Positions 7,768 through 17,745 of a DNA stretch of 47,987 bases are shown one piece after another. The stretch is from a virus. A program made the translations under genes and the position numbers. Below the pieces are notes generated by a model. The model was not told where the DNA came from, did not search any database, and saw nothing but the letters and a program-made list of their open reading frames with translations. The stretch spans positions 1 through 47,987 of IMG/VR virus record IMGVR_UViG_3300038808_000009; one strand, written 5' to 3'. Numbering within the stretch: the stretch's first letter is position 1; the number at the start of each line of letters is the position of its first letter.

Positions 7768-9997
7768 CGAGACCGATGGGGAGATGGGCCCGCTCGACGT
7801 GTCCGGCGCCACCGCGCCGGCCGCGACGGATGACAAGGCCGACACCAAGCCCCAGAAGGCGCCGCTCTCGCCGCAGGATCGGGCGCTCGCCGCGCAGATC
7901 CGCAAGAACATCCGCGACGACAAGGGGCACTTTCGCAAGGTGTTCCGCCGTATGCGCCGCGATATGCGGATCGCCATGACAGGACACGATAGCACCTGGG
8001 GCGAGGAGAAATACAAGGCCAATATCACCGGGCGCCACGTCAAGGCCAAGACTGCCTCGCTCTACGCGAAGAACCCGAAGGCGGTCGCGCGGCGCATCGA
8101 AAAGATGGATTTCGCGATCTGGGACGAGAACCAAAGCTCGCTCCAGATGGCGATGCAGACGATGCAGGCCGCCCAGCAGGCCGCAGCGGTCCCGACCGAG
8201 CAGGCCGGCGTCGACCCGGCGACCGGCGCCCCCGCGCCCGTGCCGCAGCTTCCGCCCGGGTTCGAGCAGGCCCAGGCGCTCCTCGACGACTTCCAGCAGG
8301 GCTACGCGGCTCGGCAGGCGGCGACGAAGGTCGCTAAGACGCTGGAGAAGCTGTTCGCGCACGCGATCAAGGAACAGCAGCCACTTGGCTTCAAGGAAAG
8401 CATGAAGGCGACCGTTCGGCGCGCTTGCACGACCGGCGTCGGCTACGTGAAGCTCGCGTTCCAGCGGACAACTGGTCCGGCCCCGAGCGTCGACTACCGC
8501 CTGGAGGACAGCCGGACCCGCCTGGAGCACCTGGAGACCCTGATCCAGCGCCAGCAGGAGCAGGACGCCGATACTGGCGACCTCGACGCCGAGAAGGCCG
8601 AGATCGAGGCTATGATGGTCGCGCTCCAGGCCGAGCCCGAGGTCGTCGTGTCCGAGGGCGTGATCTTCGACTTCCCGCAGTCGACGAAGGTCATCCCGGA
8701 CATGCTCACGAAGTCGCTGGAAGGCTTCGTCGGCGCCCGGCACCTGACCGTCGAATATCTCTACACGCCGGAGGAAGTGAAGAACCTGTTCGGCGTCGAT
8801 CTCGGCCGCTCGTTCAAGCCGTACAACGCCAGCGGCAAGTCGAACGACACGGACGGCGAGTACACCGGGCAGTCTGACCTGTTCAACCGCGAGGAAGGCG
8901 ATACCTCCGACACATACGAGGACAAGCCGAAGGGCGATCTCGCGTGCGTCTGGGAGTATTTCGACAAGTCGGCGGGCCTCGTCTACTATATGTGCGACGG
9001 CTACGAGGGCTTCCTAAAGCCCCCGGCGCCGCCGGATATCTACGTCGATCAGTTCTGGCCGGTCTGGGCTCTGACGTTCAACGCCGTCGAGAGCGAGGAA
9101 GATCTATACCCGCCGTCCGACGTGACCCTGCTGCTCGACATTCAGCGCGAGTACAACCGGAGCCGCGACGGCAAGCGCGAGCACCGCAAGGCCGCTCGGC
9201 CGCGGTGGGTCTATCCGAAGGGCGCGTTCCCGGACGAGGATCTGGATTGGCTGGCGAGCGCCGCGGCGTTCACGGCCACCGGGCTCAACATGGACCCGAA
9301 CCGCGATATCAAGACGGTCCTCCAGTCCGTGCCCGTTCCCGGCGTCGACCCGAACCTCTACGACGTGGGCGAGATCATGCAAGATCTCCAGTTCGTCGTC
9401 GGCAACTCGACGGCCGGTCTCGGCGCCCCGCAGAAGGGCACCGCTACGGCCAATCAGATCGCGGCCGGCGCCAACGCCACGTCGGACCAAAGTTCCGTGG
9501 ACGACCTCGACAACTTCCTGACCGCCCTCGTCCGGGGCGTCGGACAGGTCATGCTTCGCGAGTACAGCGAGGAGACCGTGATGAAGCTCGTCGGCCGCGG
9601 CGCGTCCTGGCCGCAACTGACGCTCCAGGATATCGCGGACGAGATCTACCTGGAGATCGAGGCGGGCTCGACGGGCAAGCCCAATCAGGCCGTCGAGATC
9701 GCCAATTGGGAGAAAATGCTGCCCCTGCTGATGCAGATGGGCGGGATCGCGCCGGCTTGGCTGGCGCGCGAGACGCTTCGCCGCCTGGACGACCGCATGG
9801 ACCTGACCGACGCCTTCGTGGACGATCTGCCGTCCATCGTGGCGCAGAACCGTCAGGTCGCCGCCCAGGGGGCCGATCCGAATGCCGACCCGACCGCGCA
9901 GGGCCACAACGGGCCTGCGAATGGGCCCGCCCCTCCGGGTGGGCCTGCCGGCCGCGGCGCACCGATGGGAGCACAATCAGCCCCCGCACCCGTCTAG
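7760..9997 (+). CDS. portal protein
   Basis: About 745 aa, placed between terL and scaffold/capsid. ORF 7703 (TTG) trimmed to ATG 7760, which has CAGGAGG 10 nt upstream. Acidic N-terminus and Gly/Pro-rich C-terminus. Confidence 0.8.
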   Translation: MFDETDGEMGPLDVSGATAPAATDDKADTKPQKAPLSPQDRALAAQIRKNIRDDKGHFRKVFRRMRRDMRIAMTGHDSTWGEEKYKANITGRHVKAKTASLYAKNPKAVARRIEKMDFAIWDENQSSLQMAMQTMQAAQQAAAVPTEQAGVDPATGAPAPVPQLPPGFEQAQALLDDFQQGYAARQAATKVAKTLEKLFAHAIKEQQPLGFKESMKATVRRACTTGVGYVKLAFQRTTGPAPSVDYRLEDSRTRLEHLETLIQRQQEQDADTGDLDAEKAEIEAMMVALQAEPEVVVSEGVIFDFPQSTKVIPDMLTKSLEGFVGARHLTVEYLYTPEEVKNLFGVDLGRSFKPYNASGKSNDTDGEYTGQSDLFNREEGDTSDTYEDKPKGDLACVWEYFDKSAGLVYYMCDGYEGFLKPPAPPDIYVDQFWPVWALTFNAVESEEDLYPPSDVTLLLDIQREYNRSRDGKREHRKAARPRWVYPKGAFPDEDLDWLASAAAFTATGLNMDPNRDIKTVLQSVPVPGVDPNLYDVGEIMQDLQFVVGNSTAGLGAPQKGTATANQIAAGANATSDQSSVDDLDNFLTALVRGVGQVMLREYSEETVMKLVGRGASWPQLTLQDIADEIYLEIEAGSTGKPNQAVEIANWEKMLPLLMQMGGIAPAWLARETLRRLDDRMDLTDAFVDDLPSIVAQNRQVAAQGADPNADPTAQGHNGPANGPAPPGGPAGRGAPMGAQSAPAPV

Positions 9998-10057
9998 CCG
10001 GAGTTGCCCGGCCGGACATATTGTCGTATCGCAGCATCACGGGAATAGAGGATCGAA

Positions 10058-11116
10058 ATGCCCGGCGAAAACGAAGATCTCTCGCTCGAACTGGACGCGG
10101 CCCTGGAAGAACAGGCCGCCGCGGCTGGCGAAGGCGGGACGGACGGACAGGGCGGTGCCGATGGCGCCGCTCCTGCCAATGGCGAGGGCTCGTCCGCCTC
10201 GCAGACGCAATCCGACGATGACGGTCTCCTGGGCGTGGTCCGCGATGCGGCCAAGCCGAAAGAGCCCGACGCGGCGGCGGCGGCCTCGTCAGCCGATGGC
10301 GCCGAAGGCAAGGGCGACAAGCCCGGCGAAGGTGCTCCCAAGCGGGACGACGAGAACTTCTCGGACGTTCCGTTCAACAAACACCCACGGTTCCGTCAGC
10401 TTCTAAGCGAGCGGAACACCTTCAAGACCGATGCTGGCAAGTATCGGCAGATCGACACGTTCCTCCAGGACAACGGCATGTCGAACGAGGAGGCCGCAAA
10501 CCTCCTGACTGTCGGCGCCATGGCGAAGACTGACCCGGCGAAAGCCTGGGAAATGGCTCGTCCGTGGGTGGAGAACCTGTTGAAGGCCGCGGGTGAAGTG
10601 CTGTCGGACGAACTGGTGGCGGCGGTCCGCGAGGGCCGCATGACCCAGGAGGCCGCGCTCGAACTGAGCCGGTCGCGAGCCGCTGTCGCCTCCGCGGGCG
10701 CCATGCGGACGTTCGAGCAGCAGCGTCAGGAGCGGACCGCCGCGACCGACCATCAGCGGTCGATCACGGATGCCGCCCAGACTTGGGAGGACACGCGCCG
10801 GGAGCGAGACCCGAACTTCGACGCGAAGGTAGAGCAGATCCACCGCGAACTCGCGTGGCGCCACCGTAACGGCGACATTCCGAAGGATGCGGCTGGCGTC
10901 ACTGCGCAGCTTAACGACGTTTACAAGGTCGTTAACGCCGCCATGAAGCCCGCCACGCCTCCGGCCGCCGCTACGGCCCCCGCGGGGCGCCCCGCAGCCC
11001 CCAAGCCGGCGCCCAAGCCGGCCGTCAGGGCTGTCGTCGGTGGATCGGTCGCTTCTGGTCAAGCGAAGGCGGCGCCGAAGAACATGCTGGAAGTAGTCCA
11101 GGGTGCGGCCCCGTAA
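10058..11116 (+). CDS. scaffolding protein (putative)
   Basis: Position between portal and capsid. Acidic, Ala-rich, helical and low-complexity. Confidence 0.65.
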   Translation: MPGENEDLSLELDAALEEQAAAAGEGGTDGQGGADGAAPANGEGSSASQTQSDDDGLLGVVRDAAKPKEPDAAAAASSADGAEGKGDKPGEGAPKRDDENFSDVPFNKHPRFRQLLSERNTFKTDAGKYRQIDTFLQDNGMSNEEAANLLTVGAMAKTDPAKAWEMARPWVENLLKAAGEVLSDELVAAVREGRMTQEAALELSRSRAAVASAGAMRTFEQQRQERTAATDHQRSITDAAQTWEDTRRERDPNFDAKVEQIHRELAWRHRNGDIPKDAAGVTAQLNDVYKVVNAAMKPATPPAAATAPAGRPAAPKPAPKPAVRAVVGGSVASGQAKAAPKNMLEVVQGAAP

Positions 11117-11145
11117 TCTTCGGATAGCGTAGGAAAGATAAGGAC

Positions 11146-12225
11146 ATGCCTTTTACCGCAGCAGAACTGGCGAACATCGGCAACTCGGCCCTCGACTACT
11201 ACCTGGAGAAGGGCAAGGTCGCCAAGCAGAACGTCCAGGACAAGCCCATGCTCCAGGCGTTCGAGGCGGCCTCCGGGACGTTCCCGGGCGGCAAGGGCCT
11301 CGTGTCGCTCGGCGTCAAGGGCGGCCAGGGTGGCGGTCGCTTCATGGGCTACACCCATGACGATCAGGTCACGTACTACAACCCGGCGGCCAACCTCCGG
11401 GCCGGCTTCCCCTGGAAGGAACACCACATCGGCCTGGGCATCACGCACACCGAACTCAAGATCGACGGTATCACCGTCACCGAGAGCGGCGGTGAGCAGG
11501 AGACCTCCGAGAAGGACGGCCGCGAGCAGGCCGCCCTGGCGAACCTCCTGGAGGGCAAGCTGGAGGACTTCGACGAGGATCGGAAGGCGTCGTGGGACAA
11601 GCTGATCCACGGCGACGGCACGACCGACGCGAAGGCCCTGGCCGGCATCGGGTCGATCATCCTGGCGGACCCATCCCTGGGCTCGACGGGCGGTCTGTCC
11701 CGCACGACCTACCCCTTCTGGCGCAACCGGGCTGCTACGGCCGCCGCGTTCGCTGCGGGCTCGGGTCCGGACGCCATCGCCTCGTCGGCGGCGGGCGGCG
11801 GTGTGCTGGCGCAGTTCCTCCAGAAGGAAAGCCGCCAGATCCGGCGCTTCGCGCAGGGCGGCGTCCGTCACCGCTGGTTCGCGGGCTCGGACTTCATCGA
11901 CGCCTACGAGCGGGAGATCCGCGCGAACGGCAACTACTCGCTCAACGGCTTCCGCGGGAACAACGTGGACGCCGCCATGGACGATCCGAAGTTCGGCGGC
12001 TCGCCGTTCATCTACGATCCGACCATGGACGATCTGGGCCTGTCCAAGCGGTGCTATGTGATCGACATGCGCCGCATCCGACTGCTCTACATGATCGGCG
12101 AGCGGAACAAGAAGGCGCAGCCCCCGCGCCCCTACGACCGTTACGTCATGTACCGCGGCCTGACTTCGACCGCTGTCATGATCGCGCAGCAGCTTAACAC
12201 GTCTGCTGTCTACGATATCAAGTAA
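11146..12225 (+). CDS. major capsid protein
   Basis: 359 aa at the canonical position, followed by a hairpin terminator. N-terminus MPFTAAELANIGNSALDYYLEKGK is typical of podoviral coat proteins. Confidence 0.8.
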   Translation: MPFTAAELANIGNSALDYYLEKGKVAKQNVQDKPMLQAFEAASGTFPGGKGLVSLGVKGGQGGGRFMGYTHDDQVTYYNPAANLRAGFPWKEHHIGLGITHTELKIDGITVTESGGEQETSEKDGREQAALANLLEGKLEDFDEDRKASWDKLIHGDGTTDAKALAGIGSIILADPSLGSTGGLSRTTYPFWRNRAATAAAFAAGSGPDAIASSAAGGGVLAQFLQKESRQIRRFAQGGVRHRWFAGSDFIDAYEREIRANGNYSLNGFRGNNVDAAMDDPKFGGSPFIYDPTMDDLGLSKRCYVIDMRRIRLLYMIGERNKKAQPPRPYDRYVMYRGLTSTAVMIAQQLNTSAVYDIK

Positions 12226-12231
12226 GGCCAG

Positions 12232-12257
12232 GGGCGGCGGTTTACGGGCCGCCGCCC
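12232..12257 (+). terminator. hairpin terminator after the capsid gene
   Basis: gggcggcgg (12232..12240) pairs with ccgccgccc (12249..12257). Followed by ttcgtccgtctt. Confidence 0.5.
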
Positions 12258-12318
12258 TTCGTCCGTCTTGGTAGGACTGCCGCCCTCCAATCCCTTTACC
12301 TGAAAAGAGACCGTCATC

Positions 12319-13050
12319 ATGGAACAGGCCACCGCTCTCGTCGCTCTCGCCGGAGATCTCGGCAACAGCGTCCCCAAGACCGTCACGCCCGCCGAGATCC
12401 AGGTGCTCCAGGCCGAGCACGGCCCCGGCGCCGTCCATAACATCTTCCAGATCGAGGACGTGGACCGCTCGCGCGCCGCGGAGCTTACTCGTCTGAACGA
12501 GACCTATCAGGGCTACGATGACGACGGGAAGCGGCGCGTCAACGCCATGTTCCCGAGCGCCACGCTCCTGCCCCTGACCATCGCCGAACTCGATCTGCCC
12601 GAGGATCTGTTCAAGGCGACCGCACGCGCCCTCCCGGTCCGCAAGGCGGTCGTCCAGACCGAGCAGACCCACGGCGCCCCGGGCACCGAGCCGGTCCGCG
12701 TCGCGCTCGACAATACCGAGTTCGAGCCCGTCGAAGTGCCGGCCGATCCCGAGGACGAGGCCCGGCGCGGGACGATGACCGATCCGCGGACCCAGCATCA
12801 GGTCGACAAGGCGCCCGGCGACGCGCTCCTGGCGGCCGGTGGCGGCCAGCCCTCGTCCGATCTCGACGCCCTCAAGTCCGTGGCCGACACGGGCCCTGGC
12901 GAGGCTCCGTCGCAGACCGGGGCGCCGGCCGGCGCATTGGGTGGGCACGTCGAGACCCGCGGCGCCAAGACGGCCGCCGAGAAGACAGCCGAGGTTGCCC
13001 CGGGCCGTCAGGCGGCGCAGGGTGAAGGCGCCAACTCGCTGTTCGCCTAA
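12319..13050 (+). CDS. hypothetical virion-module protein
   Basis: ORF with AAGAGA RBS. Folded N-terminal part, then a disordered Pro/Ala/Gly tail. Confidence 0.55.
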   Translation: MEQATALVALAGDLGNSVPKTVTPAEIQVLQAEHGPGAVHNIFQIEDVDRSRAAELTRLNETYQGYDDDGKRRVNAMFPSATLLPLTIAELDLPEDLFKATARALPVRKAVVQTEQTHGAPGTEPVRVALDNTEFEPVEVPADPEDEARRGTMTDPRTQHQVDKAPGDALLAAGGGQPSSDLDALKSVADTGPGEAPSQTGAPAGALGGHVETRGAKTAAEKTAEVAPGRQAAQGEGANSLFA

Positions 13051-13059
13051 GAGGTCGTC

Positions 13060-13752
13060 ATGCGCAACCGGACCCTGCTGAAACTGCTGGACGATTACCG
13101 TTCCGAGTGCCGTCTATCGACGAACCCGGCGCATAACGCCCAGCAGCGCGACACACAGGTCAGGCTCCTCCAGCGTATGCAGGAGTGGCTATACGATGAC
13201 TTTGCTTGGCCGCATCTGCGGATCGAGCGTGTCGTGCCCGCAGGGTCCGGCCAGCGTTACTACAACGTACCTTCCGACATGAACCTGGAGCGGATCCTTC
13301 ACCTGGAGGTCCGCACGCAGCAGCGTTGGCTCCCTATCGAGGCCGGCATCGGGCCCAGGGAATACGCGGCTATCGACAGCGACAGCGGCTACACGGGCTC
13401 CCCGATCTCGCGCTGGCGGATCTGGGAGGACGACCGGATCGAGGTCTGGCCGGTCCCGGATCTGACCTCGACGGACCTGGAGGGCTCGATCAAGTTCGTC
13501 GGGATCCGCAACCTCCGGAAGTTCGTGGACGACGCCGACGTGTGCGACCTGGACGACCGCCTGATCGTCCTGTACGCCGCGGCCGAGACCCTGGGGGCGA
13601 GCGGCGCGAAGGACGCGAAGCTCAAGCTCGATCAGGCTCAGAAACGCTACGAGACGATGAAGTCGGACCTGACGCCCCGACGCACGATCAAGCTGTTCAC
13701 GGGGCACCGGCCGCGCATCCCGCTCCGGGGGCTCCCCCTGCCGCGAGGATAG
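13060..13752 (+). CDS. head-tail adaptor (putative; position of T7 gp11-type protein)
   Basis: 230 aa. Called from its position after the capsid block; no motif-level proof. Confidence 0.45.
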   Translation: MRNRTLLKLLDDYRSECRLSTNPAHNAQQRDTQVRLLQRMQEWLYDDFAWPHLRIERVVPAGSGQRYYNVPSDMNLERILHLEVRTQQRWLPIEAGIGPREYAAIDSDSGYTGSPISRWRIWEDDRIEVWPVPDLTSTDLEGSIKFVGIRNLRKFVDDADVCDLDDRLIVLYAAAETLGASGAKDAKLKLDQAQKRYETMKSDLTPRRTIKLFTGHRPRIPLRGLPLPRG

Positions 13753-13755
13753 ACG

Positions 13756-15366
13756 ATGGGCACGATCTGGGTTCGCGAGTTCACCGGGGGACTAGACACC
13801 CGGCGCCTCCCGGAGACCTCGAAAGGGGGCACCCTCGTCAAGGCAGTCAACGGCCACATCAACCGGGGCGGCGAGTTCGAGCAACGCGCCGCCTTCGTGC
13901 CTGTCTACACCCTGCCCAAGGGCACGAAGGCCCTGGCCTACACGCCCGCCGGCCTCGTCGTGTTCGGTTCGATCGGTCGCCCGGAAGGCTTGCCGGCCGA
14001 CGTGATCTATCAGCAGCTAGAGGCGCCCAACGGCGCGGATCTGGTCAAGGTCGTCAGCTACGACCTGTTCTCCGGCAAGCTGTTCGTGTCCGCGCAGTTC
14101 GCGGACGGGGCTCTGCATCAGTTCTACGACGGTAACAGGGTCACGAACTACGGCTCGAACTCTGCCGTAGTTCCTGGACGTTTTGTCCTGACCTACGGCC
14201 GTAAGCTGTACTACCTGACCGGACCGAACGTCATCTACTCGAACCTCGCGGATCCGACCAACTTCGACGCCGACAGCGGCACGAAGATCCCGGACGGGAC
14301 CACGACGACGGTCAGCGCGCCGGACGGCAACGGCAAGACGACCACGACCGAGACGACCCGCAAGACCAATGCGGACGGTTCTGTCGAAGTGACCGTGAAG
14401 GTTACGGCGACGGACGGCTCGGTAACGACCACAACGTCGACCTTGCCGGCGCAGTCTACAGGCGTGGGCGCAGGCTTCAACGATCTGTCCGAGGAAGACT
14501 ACGGCTCGGAAGATCTCGCCGCTATCGGTCGATACCAGAACTACCTCGCGTTCTTCTCGGACCGGACAATCCAGATCCGCTACATGGATCCGGACCCGTC
14601 CCTGTCGAAGGCTATCCAGGCGCTTCACAATACCGGGACGATTGCTCCTCGTAGCGTGACGCAGTTCGGCGACGCGGATCTGTTCTACCTCGACACGACT
14701 GGACTGCGGTCGCTCCGCGCCCGTGACGCGTCGAACTCGGCCTCGACTTCGGATATCGGGTCGGCAATCGACGTGCTCCTGACCGACTACGTGCGGGGCG
14801 CGAGCGCCGACGACGTGCTCGGCGCCATCGGTCTGATCGAGCCCCGCGACGGCCGCTTCTGGCTCTCGCTCGGAACGCAGATCTTCGTGTTCTCCTACTT
14901 CCCGGCCGCGAAGGTCTCGGCGTGGTCGCTCTACGAACCCGGCTTCCATGTCGACGACATGGCAGTCTACAAGCGGCGCGTCTACCTGCGCTCGGGCGAT
15001 CAGATCTACGCCTATGGCGGCATCGGCCAGCAACAGGTCTACGACAATACGCCGGCCGTGGCGTGGCTACCGTATCTGGACGGGGAAAAGCCCACGGAGA
15101 CCAAGCAACTCCAGGGGATCGACGCCGCGATCCGCGGAACGTGGCTGATCGAGCTTGGCATGGACCCGGGCAACGTCCTGGCGAGCGATAAGATCGCCAC
15201 GGTCGATCAGACGACCTACATGGACAACCGCATCCCCGGCGCCCACGCCGCGACCCACTTCTCCGTCCGGGTCACGTCGAAGGCGCCCGAGAGCGAGACC
15301 AAGCCGGCCGTGCTCTCAAGCGTGGCCTTGACGTACAGCGCCGAGAGCGACAAGGCCAAGGCATGA
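13756..15366 (+). CDS. tail tubular/nozzle-like protein (putative)
   Basis: 536 aa directly after the adaptor candidate. Beta-rich sequence with a Thr-rich insertion. Confidence 0.4.
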   Translation: MGTIWVREFTGGLDTRRLPETSKGGTLVKAVNGHINRGGEFEQRAAFVPVYTLPKGTKALAYTPAGLVVFGSIGRPEGLPADVIYQQLEAPNGADLVKVVSYDLFSGKLFVSAQFADGALHQFYDGNRVTNYGSNSAVVPGRFVLTYGRKLYYLTGPNVIYSNLADPTNFDADSGTKIPDGTTTTVSAPDGNGKTTTTETTRKTNADGSVEVTVKVTATDGSVTTTTSTLPAQSTGVGAGFNDLSEEDYGSEDLAAIGRYQNYLAFFSDRTIQIRYMDPDPSLSKAIQALHNTGTIAPRSVTQFGDADLFYLDTTGLRSLRARDASNSASTSDIGSAIDVLLTDYVRGASADDVLGAIGLIEPRDGRFWLSLGTQIFVFSYFPAAKVSAWSLYEPGFHVDDMAVYKRRVYLRSGDQIYAYGGIGQQQVYDNTPAVAWLPYLDGEKPTETKQLQGIDAAIRGTWLIELGMDPGNVLASDKIATVDQTTYMDNRIPGAHAATHFSVRVTSKAPESETKPAVLSSVALTYSAESDKAKA

Positions 15367-15854
15367 TCCTCCATCCTGTCACCCCCGAGGCGGCCTATGC
15401 GGTCGGCCTCGCCTGCCGCGAGCGCGACCGGCTGGAGTTCGGCGCCGCGACCGGGATCCGCCAGCCGGACGAACTGGCGCAGTGGATGGGCACGCGGTAC
15501 GGCCAGATCGACGGAATGCTCACGGCGACCGACGACGAGGGCGAGCCCATCTGCATCGGCGGCGCGCTCCACATCCGGCCGGGCTCCTGCGCGCTCCTGT
15601 TCTACGCGACCGACCGCTTCCCCGAGATCGGCCTACCCATGACCCGGTTCATCAAGCGCCGGTACTTCCCGCAGCTTGAGGCGGCCGGCTACCACCGTAT
15701 CGAGGCGATCACGTCGGCCAGCTACCCCGAGATGCACAAGTGGCTGGAAGTGCTCGGCATGAAGCGTGAAGGGCTTCTGCGCGCGTATGGTGCCGGCGGC
15801 GAAGATTTCGTCCAGTATGCGAAGGTGAGCTATGCTAGTCCGACTTGCCATTGA
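15363..15854 (+). CDS. GNAT-like / T7 gp13-like protein (putative)
   Basis: C-terminal HKWLEVLGMKREGLLRAYGAGGEDFVQYA resembles the GNAT C-terminal beta-alpha-beta. ATGA overlap with the upstream gene. Confidence 0.45.
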   Translation: MILHPVTPEAAYAVGLACRERDRLEFGAATGIRQPDELAQWMGTRYGQIDGMLTATDDEGEPICIGGALHIRPGSCALLFYATDRFPEIGLPMTRFIKRRYFPQLEAAGYHRIEAITSASYPEMHKWLEVLGMKREGLLRAYGAGGEDFVQYAKVSYASPTCH

Positions 15855-16290
15855 AGGCGACCGCCGCGAGCTAGTCGGGCTCTGCGCCGACGCTGTGCGC
15901 GAAAGCGTGCGCGGGATCGAGCCGGACGAGGCGATCATTAACGAGACCTTCGACGCTTACTTGTCGAGCGCCGAACCGACATTCTTCGTCGTGGAGGGGG
16001 CTGGCCGGCGGCTGGTCGGCTTCATGATGTGCTCTATCGGCGGCTACGCCTTCGCGTCTGGCATCTTCACGACGCAGCAGGTAATGTACGTCGTGCCCGA
16101 CAAGCGTGGATCTCGGGCGGCCACACTCCTCATCCGCAACCTGATCGACTGGAGCAAGCGCCTGGGCGCCCTGGAGATCACGGGAGGCAATAACAACGGG
16201 CTCCACACCGCTCAGACCGTCCGGCTCCTGGAGAAGCACGGGTTCGAGCAAGTGGGCACGTTCATGCGCCGGAGTATGGCTAATGTCTAA
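15832..16290 (+). CDS. GNAT-family N-acetyltransferase
   Basis: Motif A-like VVPDKRGSRAATLLIRNLIDWSKRLG and C-terminal RLLEKHGFEQVG. AAGGTGA RBS. Confidence 0.75.
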   Translation: MLVRLAIEGDRRELVGLCADAVRESVRGIEPDEAIINETFDAYLSSAEPTFFVVEGAGRRLVGFMMCSIGGYAFASGIFTTQQVMYVVPDKRGSRAATLLIRNLIDWSKRLGALEITGGNNNGLHTAQTVRLLEKHGFEQVGTFMRRSMANV

Positions 16291-16903
16291 GAAGGACGGA
16301 GGCGCCTCAAAGCAGGCGGCAATCGCTCGGGCAGACGAGGCGCAGCGTCAGGCGACTATCCGCCAGGGCACCGATCAGATCAACACGCAGTTCGACAGTC
16401 AGTTCACGCCGGACTTCTATAACAAGCAGCGCGATAACTTTCTGTCGTTCCAGATGCCGCAGCTTGACCGTCAGTACGGCGATGCGCAGCGGCAGTTGAC
16501 GTTCGCGCTCGCCCGAGGCGGCAATCTCGACAGTTCTACGCGCGGTTTCCAGCAGGGTCAGCTACAGCAGACCTACGATACGCAGCGGACGAACGTCGCC
16601 GATCAGGCGAACAGCTACGCGAATACTGCCCGCTCGAATGTCGAGCAGGCCAGGAACAACCTCGTCGCCACGCTCAACGCGACGGGCGACGCGACCCAGG
16701 CCGCGACCTCCGCGACGAACCAAGCGGCCGTCCTGGCGCAGCCGCAGGCGTACTCGCCGCTGGCCGACGCCTTCTCCTCCGTCACGGGGGCCCTGGCATC
16801 GCAGGCGCAAGCCGACCGTGCCCAGGCTATCGCGAACGGAACCTACACTGGCGGCTCGGGGCTGTTCGGTTCGTCCGGCGGCTCCGTCAAGATCACGAGG
16901 TAA
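16283..16903 (+). CDS. internal virion (ejection) protein candidate, Gln/Asn/Ala-rich
   Basis: Composition and position upstream of the very large internal protein, as for T7 gp14/15/16. Confidence 0.45.
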   Translation: MSKKDGGASKQAAIARADEAQRQATIRQGTDQINTQFDSQFTPDFYNKQRDNFLSFQMPQLDRQYGDAQRQLTFALARGGNLDSSTRGFQQGQLQQTYDTQRTNVADQANSYANTARSNVEQARNNLVATLNATGDATQAATSATNQAAVLAQPQAYSPLADAFSSVTGALASQAQADRAQAIANGTYTGGSGLFGSSGGSVKITR

Positions 16904-16908
16904 GGCCC

Positions 16909-17733
16909 ATGTGCGATCCCCTGACCATCGCAGGCGCGGCCCTTGGTATCGGCGGCGCAGCGGCCAACGCGGTCGGCCAGTCGCAGGCCGCCGCGGCGTC
17001 GAACCGCGCCTACAACGCCGAGCGCCAGCGGCAGGCCCAACTCCAGCAGGAAGCGGCCCAGGTCCAGCAGCACTCGAACGCGATCTACCAGAACTTCGCG
17101 GACAAGCAGGCCGACCGCGGCAAGGATCTGTCCGCCTACCTCCAGGGCAATCAGCTTGGGGCGCAGGGGCAGAGCGCCGTGATCGAGGCGCCGACCGGCG
17201 CCGCGGGGAGCGGAGGCGGCGGGGCCGGGACGAACGGGAACGTCTCGATCACGGCCCAGGGCGAGGCGTCGCAGCGCGCCCGTGCCGACACGGCGGCCAG
17301 TCAGCAGGCCAACGCGCTCGGCACGATGCGCTCGCTCGGCGATCTCCTGGGGACGAGCGCCCTGACCCAGGCTCGCGACGCCGGGCAGATCGGCCAGATC
17401 GGCGGCTTCATGAAGGGCTCGGCGTCGGTCCTGCCGACCGAACTCAACGCGGCCAGCCATGCCGGCGACACGTTCAAGACGCTCGGCGGCCTCGCGGGCG
17501 GCCTGGGCAAGGTCGGCGTGGCGGCGGGCACGTCCGGGAGCACCCTGGGCGGCCTTCTGGGCGGCGCGAGCGCGTCGAGCGGCAACATCGCTCTGCCGAC
17601 CTTCGCGGCCACCCCGAGCCTGGGCGCCGGCTCCATCGCCAGCGCCTTCTCGGGCTTGCCTTCGTCGCCCCTGTCGCTCAACACCGGGTTCGGCGGGGCG
17701 CCCTCGTTCGCCTCGTCACCGTACCGGCTCTAA
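16909..17733 (+). CDS. internal virion protein candidate, Gly/Ala-rich
   Basis: Position and composition. Confidence 0.45.
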   Translation: MCDPLTIAGAALGIGGAAANAVGQSQAAAASNRAYNAERQRQAQLQQEAAQVQQHSNAIYQNFADKQADRGKDLSAYLQGNQLGAQGQSAVIEAPTGAAGSGGGGAGTNGNVSITAQGEASQRARADTAASQQANALGTMRSLGDLLGTSALTQARDAGQIGQIGGFMKGSASVLPTELNAASHAGDTFKTLGGLAGGLGKVGVAAGTSGSTLGGLLGGASASSGNIALPTFAATPSLGAGSIASAFSGLPSSPLSLNTGFGGAPSFASSPYRL

Positions 17734-17745
17734 GGGGATCGGCCC

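Noticed and set aside
11059-12948. 629-aa minus-strand ORF antisense to the capsid gene
   Set aside because: Antisense shadow ORF with extreme Arg/Gly/Ala/Leu composition. The sense strand encodes a well-formed capsid protein and the next gene.
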